Sequence record: DRR723986_618
Length of the DNA stretch: 64,000 bases
Direction: 5' to 3' (one strand)
The position numbers and the translations under genes were made by a program. This document shows, in pieces, positions 1 through 10,460 of this stretch (the first letter of the stretch is position 1; the number at the start of each line of letters is the position of its first letter). Under the pieces are notes generated by a model. It searched no databases. It was not told where the DNA came from and was given only the letters and a program-made list of their open reading frames with translations.

Positions 1-1309
1 TTGAGCAGGCAATTAAACCGCCCATAGTGAGTTCGCCGGTCTCAATGACATAGACACCGGTAATAATAATGGCCACGTAAGAGAGCTGTTGAAAGAACGC
101 CGTGACAATCTGCACCACGGACGACACGTAATTAAGCTCTTCACCGCGGTCGCAGGTTTCCCGTGTCGCGTTAATCCAGGCGTCACTAAATTTTGCCTCT
201 CCACCCTGGGATTTTATTACTTCACCGCTGGATACCGCCTCATAGAGCATTCCCTGGCGGCGCACAACGGCGTCGTTATTTTCTTGTTGAATGCGCGCCA
301 GTGGCTTGTAAGCCACCAAACCAATTAGCGTGCTTAACAGCACAAATACCAACGGCACCAGAGCAACCGGGCCAGCTATCATATAAATCGCCGCGACAAA
401 CAAACCAACGAAAGGCAGGTCAACCAATGAGAACACCGTGGACGAGGTAAAGAACTGCTTCACCGATTCATAATCCCTGACCTGTGCGACAAGTGAGCCC
501 TGACGACTCGGGCGTCGATCTAACTTTAGGCCCAGCAAGCGCTCAAATATGTAGAGCGACAGTGCCTCGTCCAGGCGCTTGCCGGTCGCGTCCATAATTT
601 TTAGGCGCACCAGCTTAAAAATAACGTCAAATACATAGGCCACGCCCATACCAATTGCCAAAAACCACAGCGTGGCATAGGCAAAATTAGGAACAACTCG
701 GTCGTATACCTGCATTGCAAACAGCGATGACATGACGGCAATGAGATTGATAAACACCGATACCAACGCGACCTTACCAAGCAGCGGCGCATGCGCCTTT
801 ATCGCAACATGAATCGCTTCAGTCGCCTTACCGCGAGGCTCGCTTTCGATAAAGCTTTCGTCCTCCTCAGCAGCAAGGGGCGCTACGGGAACCAATACCT
901 CTGGGTTTGCCGGCAAACTGACGGGTTCTGCGCCCAACCATTTAACTACCATCGGCGACTCACTACTCGCCAGCTTGAGCACAACACCTATGCTATTCGC
1001 CGTAACCAGCCACGCCGGTAACTGGCCGGGCGACAATAAACCAGCCGTGCTGCTGGCGACGGCATGTCCCTTGAATAGCGACTTCCATGCGGCAATCAGG
1101 CGGTCGCGGCTGGTATTTGCCGTGACCTGCCCCCAGGCCTGTTCGGCTTCGTGCTTGGAGGCGTGCAAACCCCTGCGCCTTGCCATGTCCATTAGCGCTT
1201 TAGCGGCTAAGGGCATTGAAATATCCTGCTCATCGCTTGCCAACTCAGCGGGTGTAGGTCTTGCTTGCACTTCAACTTCAGCGGTGGATTCGGCGAGATT
1301 ACTAGACAT
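1..1309 (-). CDS. Type I secretion system permease/ATPase (LapB/LssB-like), truncated by the window edge
   Basis: Not in the ORF track because there is no stop in the window. Manual translation from ATG 1309 gives FAMQVYDRVVPN, LVDLPF and TMGGLIACS, typical of T1SS ABC membrane domains. Starts 9 bp after tolC. Confidence 0.9.
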   Translation of the reverse strand, partial: MSSNLAESTAEVEVQARPTPAELASDEQDISMPLAAKALMDMARRRGLHASKHEAEQAWGQVTANTSRDRLIAAWKSLFKGHAVASSTAGLLSPGQLPAWLVTANSIGVVLKLASSESPMVVKWLGAEPVSLPANPEVLVPVAPLAAEEDESFIESEPRGKATEAIHVAIKAHAPLLGKVALVSVFINLIAVMSSLFAMQVYDRVVPNFAYATLWFLAIGMGVAYVFDVIFKLVRLKIMDATGKRLDEALSLYIFERLLGLKLDRRPSRQGSLVAQVRDYESVKQFFTSSTVFSLVDLPFVGLFVAAIYMIAGPVALVPLVFVLLSTLIGLVAYKPLARIQQENNDAVVRRQGMLYEAVSSGEVIKSQGGEAKFSDAWINATRETCDRGEELNYVSSVVQIVTAFFQQLSYVAIIITGVYVIETGELTMGGLIACS

Positions 1310-1317
1310 ACTTTGAC

Positions 1318-2826
1318 CTACTGCTCCTGGAGCGCTAATTCAATAGCCGGTGCTCCGGCATCTAATCGAGACCACATCATTCCGTGAAGGGCCAAACGCG
1401 TATTCGCCGACCAATAGCTCTTTTTAATTGCGGAAATTTGCAGCAAGGCTTCGTGCGCCTCGCGGTGAGCGTTCAATACTTCTAGCCACGCCTTTCTGCC
1501 CACTTTAAACTGCCTTAAAAAGCTATCGACTAAGTTCACTGCCGCGCGCGCCGCTTCCACTTGCGCGTAAAACTGCTCTTGCGAGGCATTGCGTTCGGAA
1601 TACGCGCTGCTGACGATGTCGGTGACATCACGTTTGGAATAGACCAAGTCTTGCTCTGCGCCGTGCAAACGCTGAAGAATTGCCCGGTAACTGTTGTACC
1701 CTTTGAGACCGCTGTCGCTGGAAAACTGCAGCACCAATTGCGTTGACGAGTCCGGCGTGAAATCCCCAGCAGATTGATCGAGCTGCGTGCTGTACTGCAA
1801 ACTCAACTGCGGATAAACCGCCGACTTAGCCACCTTTACCCGTGCTTTTTGCAGCGCAATTTCGGCGCCTGCGAGTTGTGGCGCGGGGTGGTACTTGATT
1901 GCTCGGGCATCAAGTATTTTGAACATCTCTTCATGGGACAAACGATAACGCTCAGCGGGCCAGCGCACCTCTCGCACAGAACGATGCAACAAAGACTCCA
2001 AGTGAAGGCGACTGCGCAGCAATACCGATTTACTGGCCTGTAAGCCAGCCCGCGCCTGACTCAGCCGAGTCTGGGCGGTTTGAATATCAGCCTCCGGAGA
2101 CACCCCTAACGATGCGCGACGACTAATCGTATCGAGCAAGGCCTGAAGATTATTGATATAACGCGCCCACAGCTGCCCCTGCTCTTTCGCCAGCACAACA
2201 TTCAGATAGGCCTCGCTGGTGTCTAACGCCAAGTCCAGGCGCGTTTGATTCAGTTCGGCCAAAGCGCGATATTGCCCCGCTTCGGCCTCTTTTAGCTCTG
2301 CAGAGGTGCGCCCGCCCATCCACAACGGCTGAATAATATTGACCGTTGTGGCAGAGGCATCGTTACTCGCCTGGCGAGCCGTGACCGACATATAGGGGTA
2401 AAAGCCGCTGCGCGCCCCCGAAATTTCAAAGCCTGTGGCCTCAACCTCAGCCAGCGCCCGCACAACATTTGGGTGCTCACTCCACACGCTGGCTAACACC
2501 TGACCCAGGCTGAGCGCATCGGGCTTATCAGCATCTTCGGAATACAGTTGGACACCAACGCTTATCTCGCCGTTGGGTGCCATGGGCGCAAAGGCATAGG
2601 AATTGAGAACCGTCTCCTGCTCACGCGACGGCGGGGCCATTGAGCGCAGCATGACTTCTGAATAGAGCACGCCTCTCTGACTTTTCGCCGGCATCTTCGC
2701 CGATGAATCGGAGGTCGTCGAACAACCAGCCATCACCATGGCTGCCACGCTGCTGAGGAGTATCATCCCCTTACGGATAGCGGCGACAGGCCGGGGAAAT
2801 AATCGATTTGTTGTTATCTGGGGCAT
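1318..2826 (-). CDS. TolC-family outer membrane protein of T1SS (LapE-like)
   Basis: Two OEP repeats (HPNV..A, QPLW.GG, QFKVGRK.WLEVLNA); lipobox-like MAGC; adjacent to the ABC transporter. Confidence 0.9.
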   Translation of the reverse strand: MPQITTNRLFPRPVAAIRKGMILLSSVAAMVMAGCSTTSDSSAKMPAKSQRGVLYSEVMLRSMAPPSREQETVLNSYAFAPMAPNGEISVGVQLYSEDADKPDALSLGQVLASVWSEHPNVVRALAEVEATGFEISGARSGFYPYMSVTARQASNDASATTVNIIQPLWMGGRTSAELKEAEAGQYRALAELNQTRLDLALDTSEAYLNVVLAKEQGQLWARYINNLQALLDTISRRASLGVSPEADIQTAQTRLSQARAGLQASKSVLLRSRLHLESLLHRSVREVRWPAERYRLSHEEMFKILDARAIKYHPAPQLAGAEIALQKARVKVAKSAVYPQLSLQYSTQLDQSAGDFTPDSSTQLVLQFSSDSGLKGYNSYRAILQRLHGAEQDLVYSKRDVTDIVSSAYSERNASQEQFYAQVEAARAAVNLVDSFLRQFKVGRKAWLEVLNAHREAHEALLQISAIKKSYWSANTRLALHGMMWSRLDAGAPAIELALQEQ

Positions 2827-3145
2827 ACCACCAACTTAACCATTCCATGGGTTGGTGACACAGGGAGGTATAGACAGCGAAAATCACGACTGGATTCTCA
2901 CGTATTGCACACTATCCCTGTGCACCTTCGCACCCACCGACATCCTCGTCAGCGCCCCAACCTGGGGGATCGGCACGAATCTTCCGTTTTAAATAAGGTG
3001 GTTGTTTTATAACCACCCCAAAAAACGATCCGCGATACTAGCAGACCGCTTTACACCGCGCAATCAACTGCACATACATGCAAATTAGCGCATTGCCATA
3101 ATATATACACAGCCAATTTCTGCTGGCAAGCCTAGATGCCGAGTA

Positions 3146-4327
3146 TTACAAATTTATTTTCACTGCCTCACTCGCAGCAATGGCTTTCGCCTTGGCGTCG
3201 TTTACATCCACGCCGCGTGCCAGGGCAACCCCCATTCTTCGCTGGCCATTCACCTCTGGTTTGCCGAAGAGCCTCAGCTGGGTATCACTTTCTGCCAAGG
3301 CTTTATGGAGGTTGTCAAACCGCGTCGCGTTGGAAACGCCATCGACCAAAATCACCGCAGAGGCCGACGGCCCATGGTTAGCAATGTTGGGGATAGGCAA
3401 GCCGAGAATCGCGCGAGCGTGCAGAGCAAACTCTGACAGATCCTGTGAAATCAGTGTGACAAGCCCCGTGTCATGGGGGCGCGGGGACACCTCACTGAAC
3501 CACACCTGATCGCCTTTTATAAACAGCTCTACACCAAACAGTCCCCAACCGCCGAGCGCGGCGGTGACGGATTCTGCTATAGACTTCGACGCCGCCAACG
3601 CCGCCTCAGACATCGCCTGGGGCTGCCAGGACTCTCGATAATCACCGGCGTCCTGGCGATGACCAATAGGCGCACAGAAGCTGCAGCCATCGCGGTGCCT
3701 GACAGTGAGCAGGGTAATTTCGTAATCGAAGTCGACAAAGCCTTCAACGATCACCCGCCCCGCCCCTGCGCGTCCGCCCTGCTGGGCATAGTCCCAGGCC
3801 TTAGAAAGCTCTGATGCACTGCGCAGCAGGCTCTGCCCTTTGCCAGAAGAGCTCATAATGGGCTTAATCACGCAGGGAAAACCAATCGCCTCAACCGCGA
3901 CACAAAAGTCATCATAGTTATCAGCAAAACGATACGGGGAGGTTGCAATATCCAGGGTTTCCGCCGCCAGGCGCCGTATCCCTTCGCGATTCATGGTGAG
4001 TTGCGCTGCTCGTGCACTGGGCACCACATTAACGCCCTCGCGTTCAAGCTCTACCAGCACATCGGTCGCTATCGCTTCGATTTCTGGCACGACGTAGTCG
4101 GGCTTCTCTAGTTCGATAACCCTGCGCAGCTCGTCGCCATCAAGCATTGAAAAACAGTAACTTCGATCAGCCACTTGCATGGCCGGCGCATTTTCGTAGC
4201 GGTCACAGGCGATAACCTCAACCCCCAGGCGCTGCAGCTCAATGGCGACCTCTTTGCCCAACTCGCCTGAGCCACACAACAGAACCTTGCAAGCACTGCT
4301 ACTAAACGGCGTACCGATGGAAACCAT
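3146..4327 (-). CDS. purT: Formate-dependent phosphoribosylglycinamide formyltransferase
   Basis: [21 protein letters not shown] and [10 protein letters not shown] motifs. Confidence 0.97.
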   Translation of the reverse strand: MVSIGTPFSSSACKVLLCGSGELGKEVAIELQRLGVEVIACDRYENAPAMQVADRSYCFSMLDGDELRRVIELEKPDYVVPEIEAIATDVLVELEREGVNVVPSARAAQLTMNREGIRRLAAETLDIATSPYRFADNYDDFCVAVEAIGFPCVIKPIMSSSGKGQSLLRSASELSKAWDYAQQGGRAGAGRVIVEGFVDFDYEITLLTVRHRDGCSFCAPIGHRQDAGDYRESWQPQAMSEAALAASKSIAESVTAALGGWGLFGVELFIKGDQVWFSEVSPRPHDTGLVTLISQDLSEFALHARAILGLPIPNIANHGPSASAVILVDGVSNATRFDNLHKALAESDTQLRLFGKPEVNGQRRMGVALARGVDVNDAKAKAIAASEAVKINL

Positions 4328-4361
4328 ACCTAGCTACCCTCACTACCAACACGTGTACTGA

Positions 4362-4835
4362 TCACAATAAAAGAAACGCCAACTGCAACACGACAAAGGC
4401 ATAAAAGCCTGCCAATACATCGTCGACCATAATACCCAAACCACCGTGTACTTTTGCGTCAAGCACACGAATCGGCCACGGTTTCCAAATATCAAACAGG
4501 CGAAATAATGCAAAGCCGGCCACAACCCAATACCAACCCTGAGGCAGCAAAAACAGCGCGATCCATAGGCCGACAAACTCGTCCCAGACGATGCCGCCGT
4601 GGTCGTGCACGCCCAGGGTCCGCGCCGTTTCACCGCAGAGGTAAATGCCTAACACAAAAGCCGCGACCACCACTAAAATGTAGCTACTGGGCGGCAGGTA
4701 CTGCAGCAAATACCAAAGCGGCAGCGCAGCTAGCGAGCCAAACGTGCCCGGGGCCTTGGGCGACAAGCCGCTGCCGAAGCCCAACGACAGCAAGTGTGTT
4801 GGATGGCGCAAATAGCTAATCGGTATCTTTTTCAT
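4362..4835 (-). CDS. pgpA: Phosphatidylglycerophosphatase A
   Basis: APGTFGS, DHGGIVWDE, FRLFDIWKPWPI and GIMVDD motifs; follows thiL. Confidence 0.97.
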   Translation of the reverse strand: MKKIPISYLRHPTHLLSLGFGSGLSPKAPGTFGSLAALPLWYLLQYLPPSSYILVVVAAFVLGIYLCGETARTLGVHDHGGIVWDEFVGLWIALFLLPQGWYWVVAGFALFRLFDIWKPWPIRVLDAKVHGGLGIMVDDVLAGFYAFVVLQLAFLLL

Positions 4836-4841
4836 AACGCC

Positions 4842-5801
4842 TCAAAAATGTTGGTATCCCGCAGCGGTCTCATAGACAACGCCCTCGGCATCCAGGCACT
4901 TGAGCCCGGCGCCATCGATAACTTCCCCGATGCAGTGCAATGGCAATGCTAAGGTTTTTTCCAGTGCGCGAAGGTGGGCCTGATATTCCCCAGGAACAGT
5001 AAAGCAAAGTTCGTAATCATCACCACCGGACAGGGCATAGTCGACGCCTTTCGCAACATCGCGCAACCCCATCGCCACAGGCAGCCTCTCGGTATAAATG
5101 ATGGCGCCCACGCCGCTTGCTCGCAGAATGTGACCAAGATCGGCCACTAAGCCATCGGAGATATCGACTGCCGCATTGGCTACGCCGCGCAGTGCCTGGC
5201 CTAAGGCCAAACGCGGCAATGGGGAATGGTAACGTTGAAGGTAGCTTTGCTGAGCCTCTGTTGGCGAGAGCATTTCAAGATAATCTAAGGCGGCTCTCGC
5301 GCCGCCCAGCTCACCGGAAACATAAACAAGGTCTCCGGGTCGCGCGCCATTACGCAACAGTGCCTGCCCTCTGGGCACGCTGCCCATGACTTGCAGGCTA
5401 AGGCAGAGCGGGCCGCGAGTGGTATCACCACCCACCAAGGAAACGCCATAGCGCTCGGCCTCGGCGGCCAAAACGCGGCTAAACTCTTGCAGCCAACTCT
5501 CGTTAAGCTCCGGCGCAGTCAGTGCAAGCGTAAAAGCCTCAGGGTGGGCACCTGCCGCCGCTAAATCACTGATGCACACGGCCAGGGAGCGCACCGCCAG
5601 CTTCGCCGGCGCGTAGTGGCGAGGAAAATGCACCCCCTCGACCAAGGTGTCCACCGACAACACCAGTTCTTCATCTGCCGCCGGTGAGAGCACCGCACAG
5701 TCATCGCCGATGCCATGACGAACAAACGGTGTCGTCCGTGACAGGGGCTTAAAAAAGCGCTCAATCAGCGCGAATTCACCGGGGCGATTCGGCGTTGTCA
5801 T
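4842..5801 (-). CDS. thiL: Thiamine-monophosphate kinase
   Basis: GEFALI, GIGDDCA, DTLVEGVHF, GGDT, DISDGL and GGDDYEL motifs. Confidence 0.97.
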   Translation of the reverse strand: MTTPNRPGEFALIERFFKPLSRTTPFVRHGIGDDCAVLSPAADEELVLSVDTLVEGVHFPRHYAPAKLAVRSLAVCISDLAAAGAHPEAFTLALTAPELNESWLQEFSRVLAAEAERYGVSLVGGDTTRGPLCLSLQVMGSVPRGQALLRNGARPGDLVYVSGELGGARAALDYLEMLSPTEAQQSYLQRYHSPLPRLALGQALRGVANAAVDISDGLVADLGHILRASGVGAIIYTERLPVAMGLRDVAKGVDYALSGGDDYELCFTVPGEYQAHLRALEKTLALPLHCIGEVIDGAGLKCLDAEGVVYETAAGYQHF

Positions 5802-5806
5802 CTCAC

Positions 5807-6286
5807 TCAGCCGTCGCGCCGTTTCTTCTCAGCGCCAACTTCCAGCTCACGTGCACTCGCCGCGACTTGATCTAACACACCATTAATGTAGCGATAGCCA
5901 TCCGTCGCACCGAAGCGCTTAGCGAGGTTTACCGTTTCGTTGATCGCCACCTTGTAGGGCACGTCGATACGGCACAGCAACTCGTAGCACCCCATGTACA
6001 ACAGGCAGAGTTCGATGGGGTCCAGGTCATCAAGCTGGCGATCGAGGTGGGGCTCAAAGGCCGCCTGCAGCTCGCTCAGCTTTGCCGGAATGTTGTGCAG
6101 CAGCTCATGGAAGAAGGCCTTGTCGACATTCTTCATGTCGTAGTCAGTCTGGAACTGCGCCTCAATAACGTTTAGAGGCTGAGAGGCCATTTGCCACTGA
6201 TAAAGTGCCTGCAAAGCGTAGTGTCGCGCTTTGCGACGGGAGGCCGCCAGCTGATTTTTGGCGTGTTGCTCGGGGCGATTGGCCAC
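5807..6286 (-). CDS. nusB: Transcription antitermination factor NusB
   Basis: RRKAR..ALQALYQW, VAINE and YINGVLD motifs. Confidence 0.97.
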   Translation of the reverse strand: MANRPEQHAKNQLAASRRKARHYALQALYQWQMASQPLNVIEAQFQTDYDMKNVDKAFFHELLHNIPAKLSELQAAFEPHLDRQLDDLDPIELCLLYMGCYELLCRIDVPYKVAINETVNLAKRFGATDGYRYINGVLDQVAASARELEVGAEKKRRDG

Positions 6287-6356
6287 AATGTTACTCCAAC
6301 TATAAAGAACCGGTGCGAACGAGCTGCCGCACCGTATTACCGCTCGTTAACCGCGT

Positions 6357-6818
6357 TTAAATCTGCTTGAGCAGGTTGACCATTTCGATGGCCGACATCG
6401 CAGCCTCTTCACCTTTATTGCCGGCTTTAGTGCCCGCGCGCTCAATGGCTTGCTCGATGGTATCGACGGTCAAAACACCAAAGGATACGGGCACATTGTA
6501 CTGCATTGACACCTGCGCCAAGCCCTTAGTGCACTCACCTGCCACGTATTCAAAATGCGGGGTGCCGCCGCGAATGACTGCACCGAGTGCGATGATGGCA
6601 TCGTACTTTTCAGTGGCGGCCACTTTTTGGCAAACCAGGGGAATTTCAAACGCACCCGGCGCACGAATGATCGTGATATCGTCTTCGCTAACACCGTGAC
6701 GACGCAGTGCATCGCAAGCGCCTTCCAGCAGGCTTTCCACAACAAAGCTGTTCCAGCGACCCACTACAATGGCGAAAGAGCCCGCCACACCTGTAAATGT
6801 ACCTTCGATTGTTTTCAT
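6357..6818 (-). CDS. ribH: 6,7-dimethyl-8-ribityllumazine synthase
   Basis: [21 protein letters not shown] and AGTKAGNKG motifs. Confidence 0.97.
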   Translation of the reverse strand: MKTIEGTFTGVAGSFAIVVGRWNSFVVESLLEGACDALRRHGVSEDDITIIRAPGAFEIPLVCQKVAATEKYDAIIALGAVIRGGTPHFEYVAGECTKGLAQVSMQYNVPVSFGVLTVDTIEQAIERAGTKAGNKGEEAAMSAIEMVNLLKQI

Positions 6819-6870
6819 AACCGTTCCTTAAATGTATTCAATAAGCCTAGCGCCGACGCCTCAACTGCGC

Positions 6871-7995
6871 TCAGGCAAAATCCTCGGGGCTGACAAATTC
6901 AACGACTTCCAGGTCGAAGCCTGAAATAGCGTTGTACTTCACTGGCGCGCCCATCAGGCGCAATTTGCCGACACCAACATCGCGCAATATCTGCGAGCCC
7001 AAGCCGATATTAAAGTAGGTATTTTGGTACTGCGCACTATCTCCCTGCTGGGGCGACTTCACACCGCGCGCAATATCCAGTTCGGCAAGAATATCCTGGC
7101 CCTGCTCGCGATTCGCCAACAATACCAATACGCCGCCCTGCTCCGCCAATACCGACAAACTGCGGTGCATATTCCAGCCGGTCGTCGAGCCGGGAGGCTG
7201 CGCCTGCAATAAATCGCGAACCGTAGAGCCCAAATGAACACGGGCCAAGGTAGGCTGCTCGGCATCGATGTCGCCTTTTTGCAGGGCAAAATGCACCTCA
7301 CCAGCCACTGAATCGCGGTAGGCGTGCAGAGTAAACTCACCGAAGTCGGTATTGATGGTGCCGCTGCTCAGCTTTTCGACGGTCTGCTCATTAAGCACCT
7401 GATAATGGATGAGGTCAGCAATCGTGCCCATCTTAAGGTCGTGCTCGGCGGCGAAGGTCTCGAGGTCTTCGCGGCGCGCCATAGTGCCGTCCTCGTTCAT
7501 AATTTCGCAGATCACACCGGTGGGCTCAAAACCGGCAAGCTTGGACAAATCACAGGCCGCCTCAGTGTGCCCTGCGCGGCTCAACACGCCGCCGGGTTCA
7601 GCCATTAGCGGGAAAATATGGCCTGGCTGAACAATGTCTTCCGCCACGGCATTGCGGGCCGCGGCGGTACGCACCGTGTGCGCGCGATCAGCGGCGGAAA
7701 TGCCCGTCGTCACGCCCTCGCGCGCTTCAATAGACAGCGTAAATTTAGTACCAAAGCCAGAGGCATTGCGGTCTACCATCAGCGGCAGCGCAAGCTGCTC
7801 GCAGCGCTCGCGCGTCATTGGCATGCAAATCAAGCCGCGCCCGTGGGTCGCCATAAAGTTGATATCCTGCGGCCGCACACACTCAGCAGCCATCACCAGA
7901 TCGCCTTCATTCTCGCGATCCTCGTCATCCATCAAGATCACCATCTTGCCGAGACGGATGTCCTGAATCAGCTCTTCTACTGTGCTAAATGCCAT
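6871..7995 (-). CDS. ribB: DHBP synthase fused to a degenerate GTP cyclohydrolase II-like domain (RibBX type)
   Basis: [20 protein letters not shown] and RAGHTEA motifs; the C-terminal domain lacks the Zn-binding cysteines. Confidence 0.92.
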   Translation of the reverse strand: MAFSTVEELIQDIRLGKMVILMDDEDRENEGDLVMAAECVRPQDINFMATHGRGLICMPMTRERCEQLALPLMVDRNASGFGTKFTLSIEAREGVTTGISAADRAHTVRTAAARNAVAEDIVQPGHIFPLMAEPGGVLSRAGHTEAACDLSKLAGFEPTGVICEIMNEDGTMARREDLETFAAEHDLKMGTIADLIHYQVLNEQTVEKLSSGTINTDFGEFTLHAYRDSVAGEVHFALQKGDIDAEQPTLARVHLGSTVRDLLQAQPPGSTTGWNMHRSLSVLAEQGGVLVLLANREQGQDILAELDIARGVKSPQQGDSAQYQNTYFNIGLGSQILRDVGVGKLRLMGAPVKYNAISGFDLEVVEFVSPEDFA

Positions 7996-7996
7996 A

Positions 7997-8659
7997 TCAT
8001 TTCGCCTTCATAAAACCATTTTCGGCCAGCGTGGCCATTGTAATTCCGCCGCTATTGCCGAGATCAGCCGCCGCGTTGAGCAGGCGCTCCAAATACCGTG
8101 CAATAACGTCTACTTCCAGATTAACCCTGCCCCCAACGGCATACTGCGCAATAATCGTTTCGGCCGCGGTATGGGGCACAATATTCAAATCAAAGGTCGC
8201 CCCGTCGACACGGTTTACCGTTAAGCTTACGCCATCGACACAAATCGACCCTTTGTGGGCGATATATCGGGCTAGTTCGTCCGGCGCTTGAATGCGCACA
8301 CTGATTGAGCGCGCATCCTTTTTCATTTCCACTATTTGCCCTACGCCGTCGACGTGGCCACTAACGATATGCCCATCAAAGCGGCTGCTCGCGAGCATCG
8401 CGCGCTCAAGATTGACCGCAGCGCCAACACTGGCCTGGGCAAAATTGCTATGGGCCAGCGTTTCCCGGGACACATCTGCCCAAAAACCATCGCCGGGGAG
8501 TTCTACCACGGTTAAACAAACACCGCTTGTGGCAATGCTGTCTCCAAGCTTAACCTCGGCCAGGGGCAGCGAGCCGGTACGAATATACACTCGCAGGTCG
8601 CCATTGCGAGGTTGCATTGCGGCAATTTCGCCAACCGCTTCAATAATCCCGGTAAACAT
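7997..8659 (-). CDS. ribE: Riboflavin synthase
   Basis: MFTGII N-terminus, GVCLTV, GHIVSGHVDG and VNLEVD motifs. Confidence 0.95.
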   Translation of the reverse strand: MFTGIIEAVGEIAAMQPRNGDLRVYIRTGSLPLAEVKLGDSIATSGVCLTVVELPGDGFWADVSRETLAHSNFAQASVGAAVNLERAMLASSRFDGHIVSGHVDGVGQIVEMKKDARSISVRIQAPDELARYIAHKGSICVDGVSLTVNRVDGATFDLNIVPHTAAETIIAQYAVGGRVNLEVDVIARYLERLLNAAADLGNSGGITMATLAENGFMKAK

Positions 8660-8664
8660 CAGTT

Positions 8665-9804
8665 TTACTCAACCTCTGCATCAACCACCTTTGGTCGACA
8701 GTGCCAACGCCAGTCACCCCCGATAGCGCGGCCGTCAATAATTTCTATGCGCTGTTTGTCGGCCATATTCTGAAGCGGCAAGGCCGCCAAACCCCGAGCC
8801 TCGCTACCTAGCATGCAAGGCGCCACGTACACAAACCAATCATCAATCAAACCTGCCTGCAAAAATGCACCCGTCAGCGTTGCGCCGGCTTCCAGCATCA
8901 CCTCGTTGCAGGCCCGCTCAGCAAGGTGTTGCAGCAGCGACTCCAGACATACCCGGCCGCGGTCGTCCGCGGGCAGGCGCTGTATCGCTGCACCAGCAGC
9001 TTGTAGCGCCGCGGCCTTCGCGCCGTGATCGCTTACCGTTGCAATAAGGACATCGCCCCCACCTGAAAACAGCTTGGCACCCGGCGGGGTGCGCAGCTGC
9101 GAGTCCACGATGACTCGCAGCGGCTGCCGCCATATCCCACCTTGATAATCGGCCAACGGCGCGCGAAAACTGTCCGGCCGCACGGTGAACGCGGCGTCAT
9201 CGTCGATAACCGTGTCCACGCCACTGACAATGGCGCAGCTCTGCGCGCGCAGTCGCTGAACATCAGCACGTGCCTCTGGACCGGTAATCCACTGGCTTTG
9301 CCCATTGGCCATCGCCGTTCGACCATCGAGGCTCATGGCCGACTTGGCCGTCACCCAGGGTCGCCCGCCCGCAATGCGGCGAATGAAACCCCGGTTTAAT
9401 GCACGGGCTTCCTCTTCCAGCAGTCCACATTCTACGTCGATATTTGCCTCGCGCAGCATCGCAACACCCCGCCCAGCCACCAAGGGGTTGGGGTCACCGG
9501 TTGCGATCACCACCCGCTTGACACCGGCGTTTATCAGCGCCTGAGCGCAGGGCGGTGTGCGACCAAAATGGCTGCATGGCTCGAGCGTGACATACGCCGT
9601 GCAACCTGTCGCGTCGTCGAGCTGGGCCAGCGCATTCACCTCCGCGTGCCCTTCTCCGGCGCGCTGGTGCCAACCCTCGGCCACCAGCTGCCCCGAACGG
9701 GTCACCACGCACCCCACTCGCGGGTTCGGGCTCGTTGAATAACGACCGCGATCCGCCAACTGCAGGGCACGCGCCATCGCTTGTCGGTCGCTGAGGGAGG
9801 TCAT
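8665..9804 (-). CDS. ribD: Bifunctional pyrimidine deaminase/reductase
   Basis: PNPRVGCV, HAE, TLEPCSHFGRTPPC and SLDGRTA motifs. Confidence 0.97.
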   Translation of the reverse strand: MTSLSDRQAMARALQLADRGRYSTSPNPRVGCVVTRSGQLVAEGWHQRAGEGHAEVNALAQLDDATGCTAYVTLEPCSHFGRTPPCAQALINAGVKRVVIATGDPNPLVAGRGVAMLREANIDVECGLLEEEARALNRGFIRRIAGGRPWVTAKSAMSLDGRTAMANGQSQWITGPEARADVQRLRAQSCAIVSGVDTVIDDDAAFTVRPDSFRAPLADYQGGIWRQPLRVIVDSQLRTPPGAKLFSGGGDVLIATVSDHGAKAAALQAAGAAIQRLPADDRGRVCLESLLQHLAERACNEVMLEAGATLTGAFLQAGLIDDWFVYVAPCMLGSEARGLAALPLQNMADKQRIEIIDGRAIGGDWRWHCRPKVVDAEVE

Positions 9805-9810
9805 CGGGAC

Positions 9811-10293
9811 TTACTTCAACTTATTGAGGTCGACGCCGCCGGGCTCGGCGGACAAACGGTCGATTTCGGCTCGAAACTCATCAAGATCCTGAAAGCTGCG
9901 GTACACGCTGGCAAAGCGCACATAGGCAACGTGATCCAGCGCTTTCAGCGCCTCCATCACCTGCTCACCAACGTCGCGACTATGCACCTCACGCTCACCA
10001 GTGGCTTGCAGCCGCCGCTTGAGGTCGCTGATCTCCGCTTCAATGCTCTCAACACTGACCGGGCGCTTCTCCAGCGCTTTGAGAATACCGGAGCGCAGTT
10101 TCTCCTCGTCGAAAGGTTCGCGGGAGCCGTCCGTCTTGATCACTTTTGGCATTAACAGCTCAGCGCTCTCGTAGGTCGTAAAGCGCTCGCTGCATGAAAG
10201 GCACTCGCGCCGCCGACGCACCTGACCACCCTCAGCCACCAGGCGAGAATCAATCACTTTGGTATCGTCGAAACTGCAAAATGGGCAGCGCAC
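9811..10293 (-). CDS. nrdR: Transcriptional repressor NrdR
   Basis: CPFC...RRRREC..C..RFTTYE zinc ribbon, ATP cone, [12 protein letters not shown] start. Confidence 0.97.
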   Translation of the reverse strand: MRCPFCSFDDTKVIDSRLVAEGGQVRRRRECLSCSERFTTYESAELLMPKVIKTDGSREPFDEEKLRSGILKALEKRPVSVESIEAEISDLKRRLQATGEREVHSRDVGEQVMEALKALDHVAYVRFASVYRSFQDLDEFRAEIDRLSAEPGGVDLNKLK

Positions 10294-10460
10294 AAAAATG
10301 GCCCTCCAAAAACGCAGAATTCTAGCAGCTCCGCTACTTCAGTGACAGTACAAGCACAAAAACCAACCGCGTTATGCTGGCGATTAGGGCTTGCGATACC
10401 GGGCGGCAACGCTAAAATCGGATATTTGTAGCATAAATATAAATAACGCAGGGATCCCGC

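Noticed and set aside
10294-10460. FMN riboswitch upstream of the rib operon
   Set aside because: The divergent intergenic region is short and has no recognisable RFN conserved segments.
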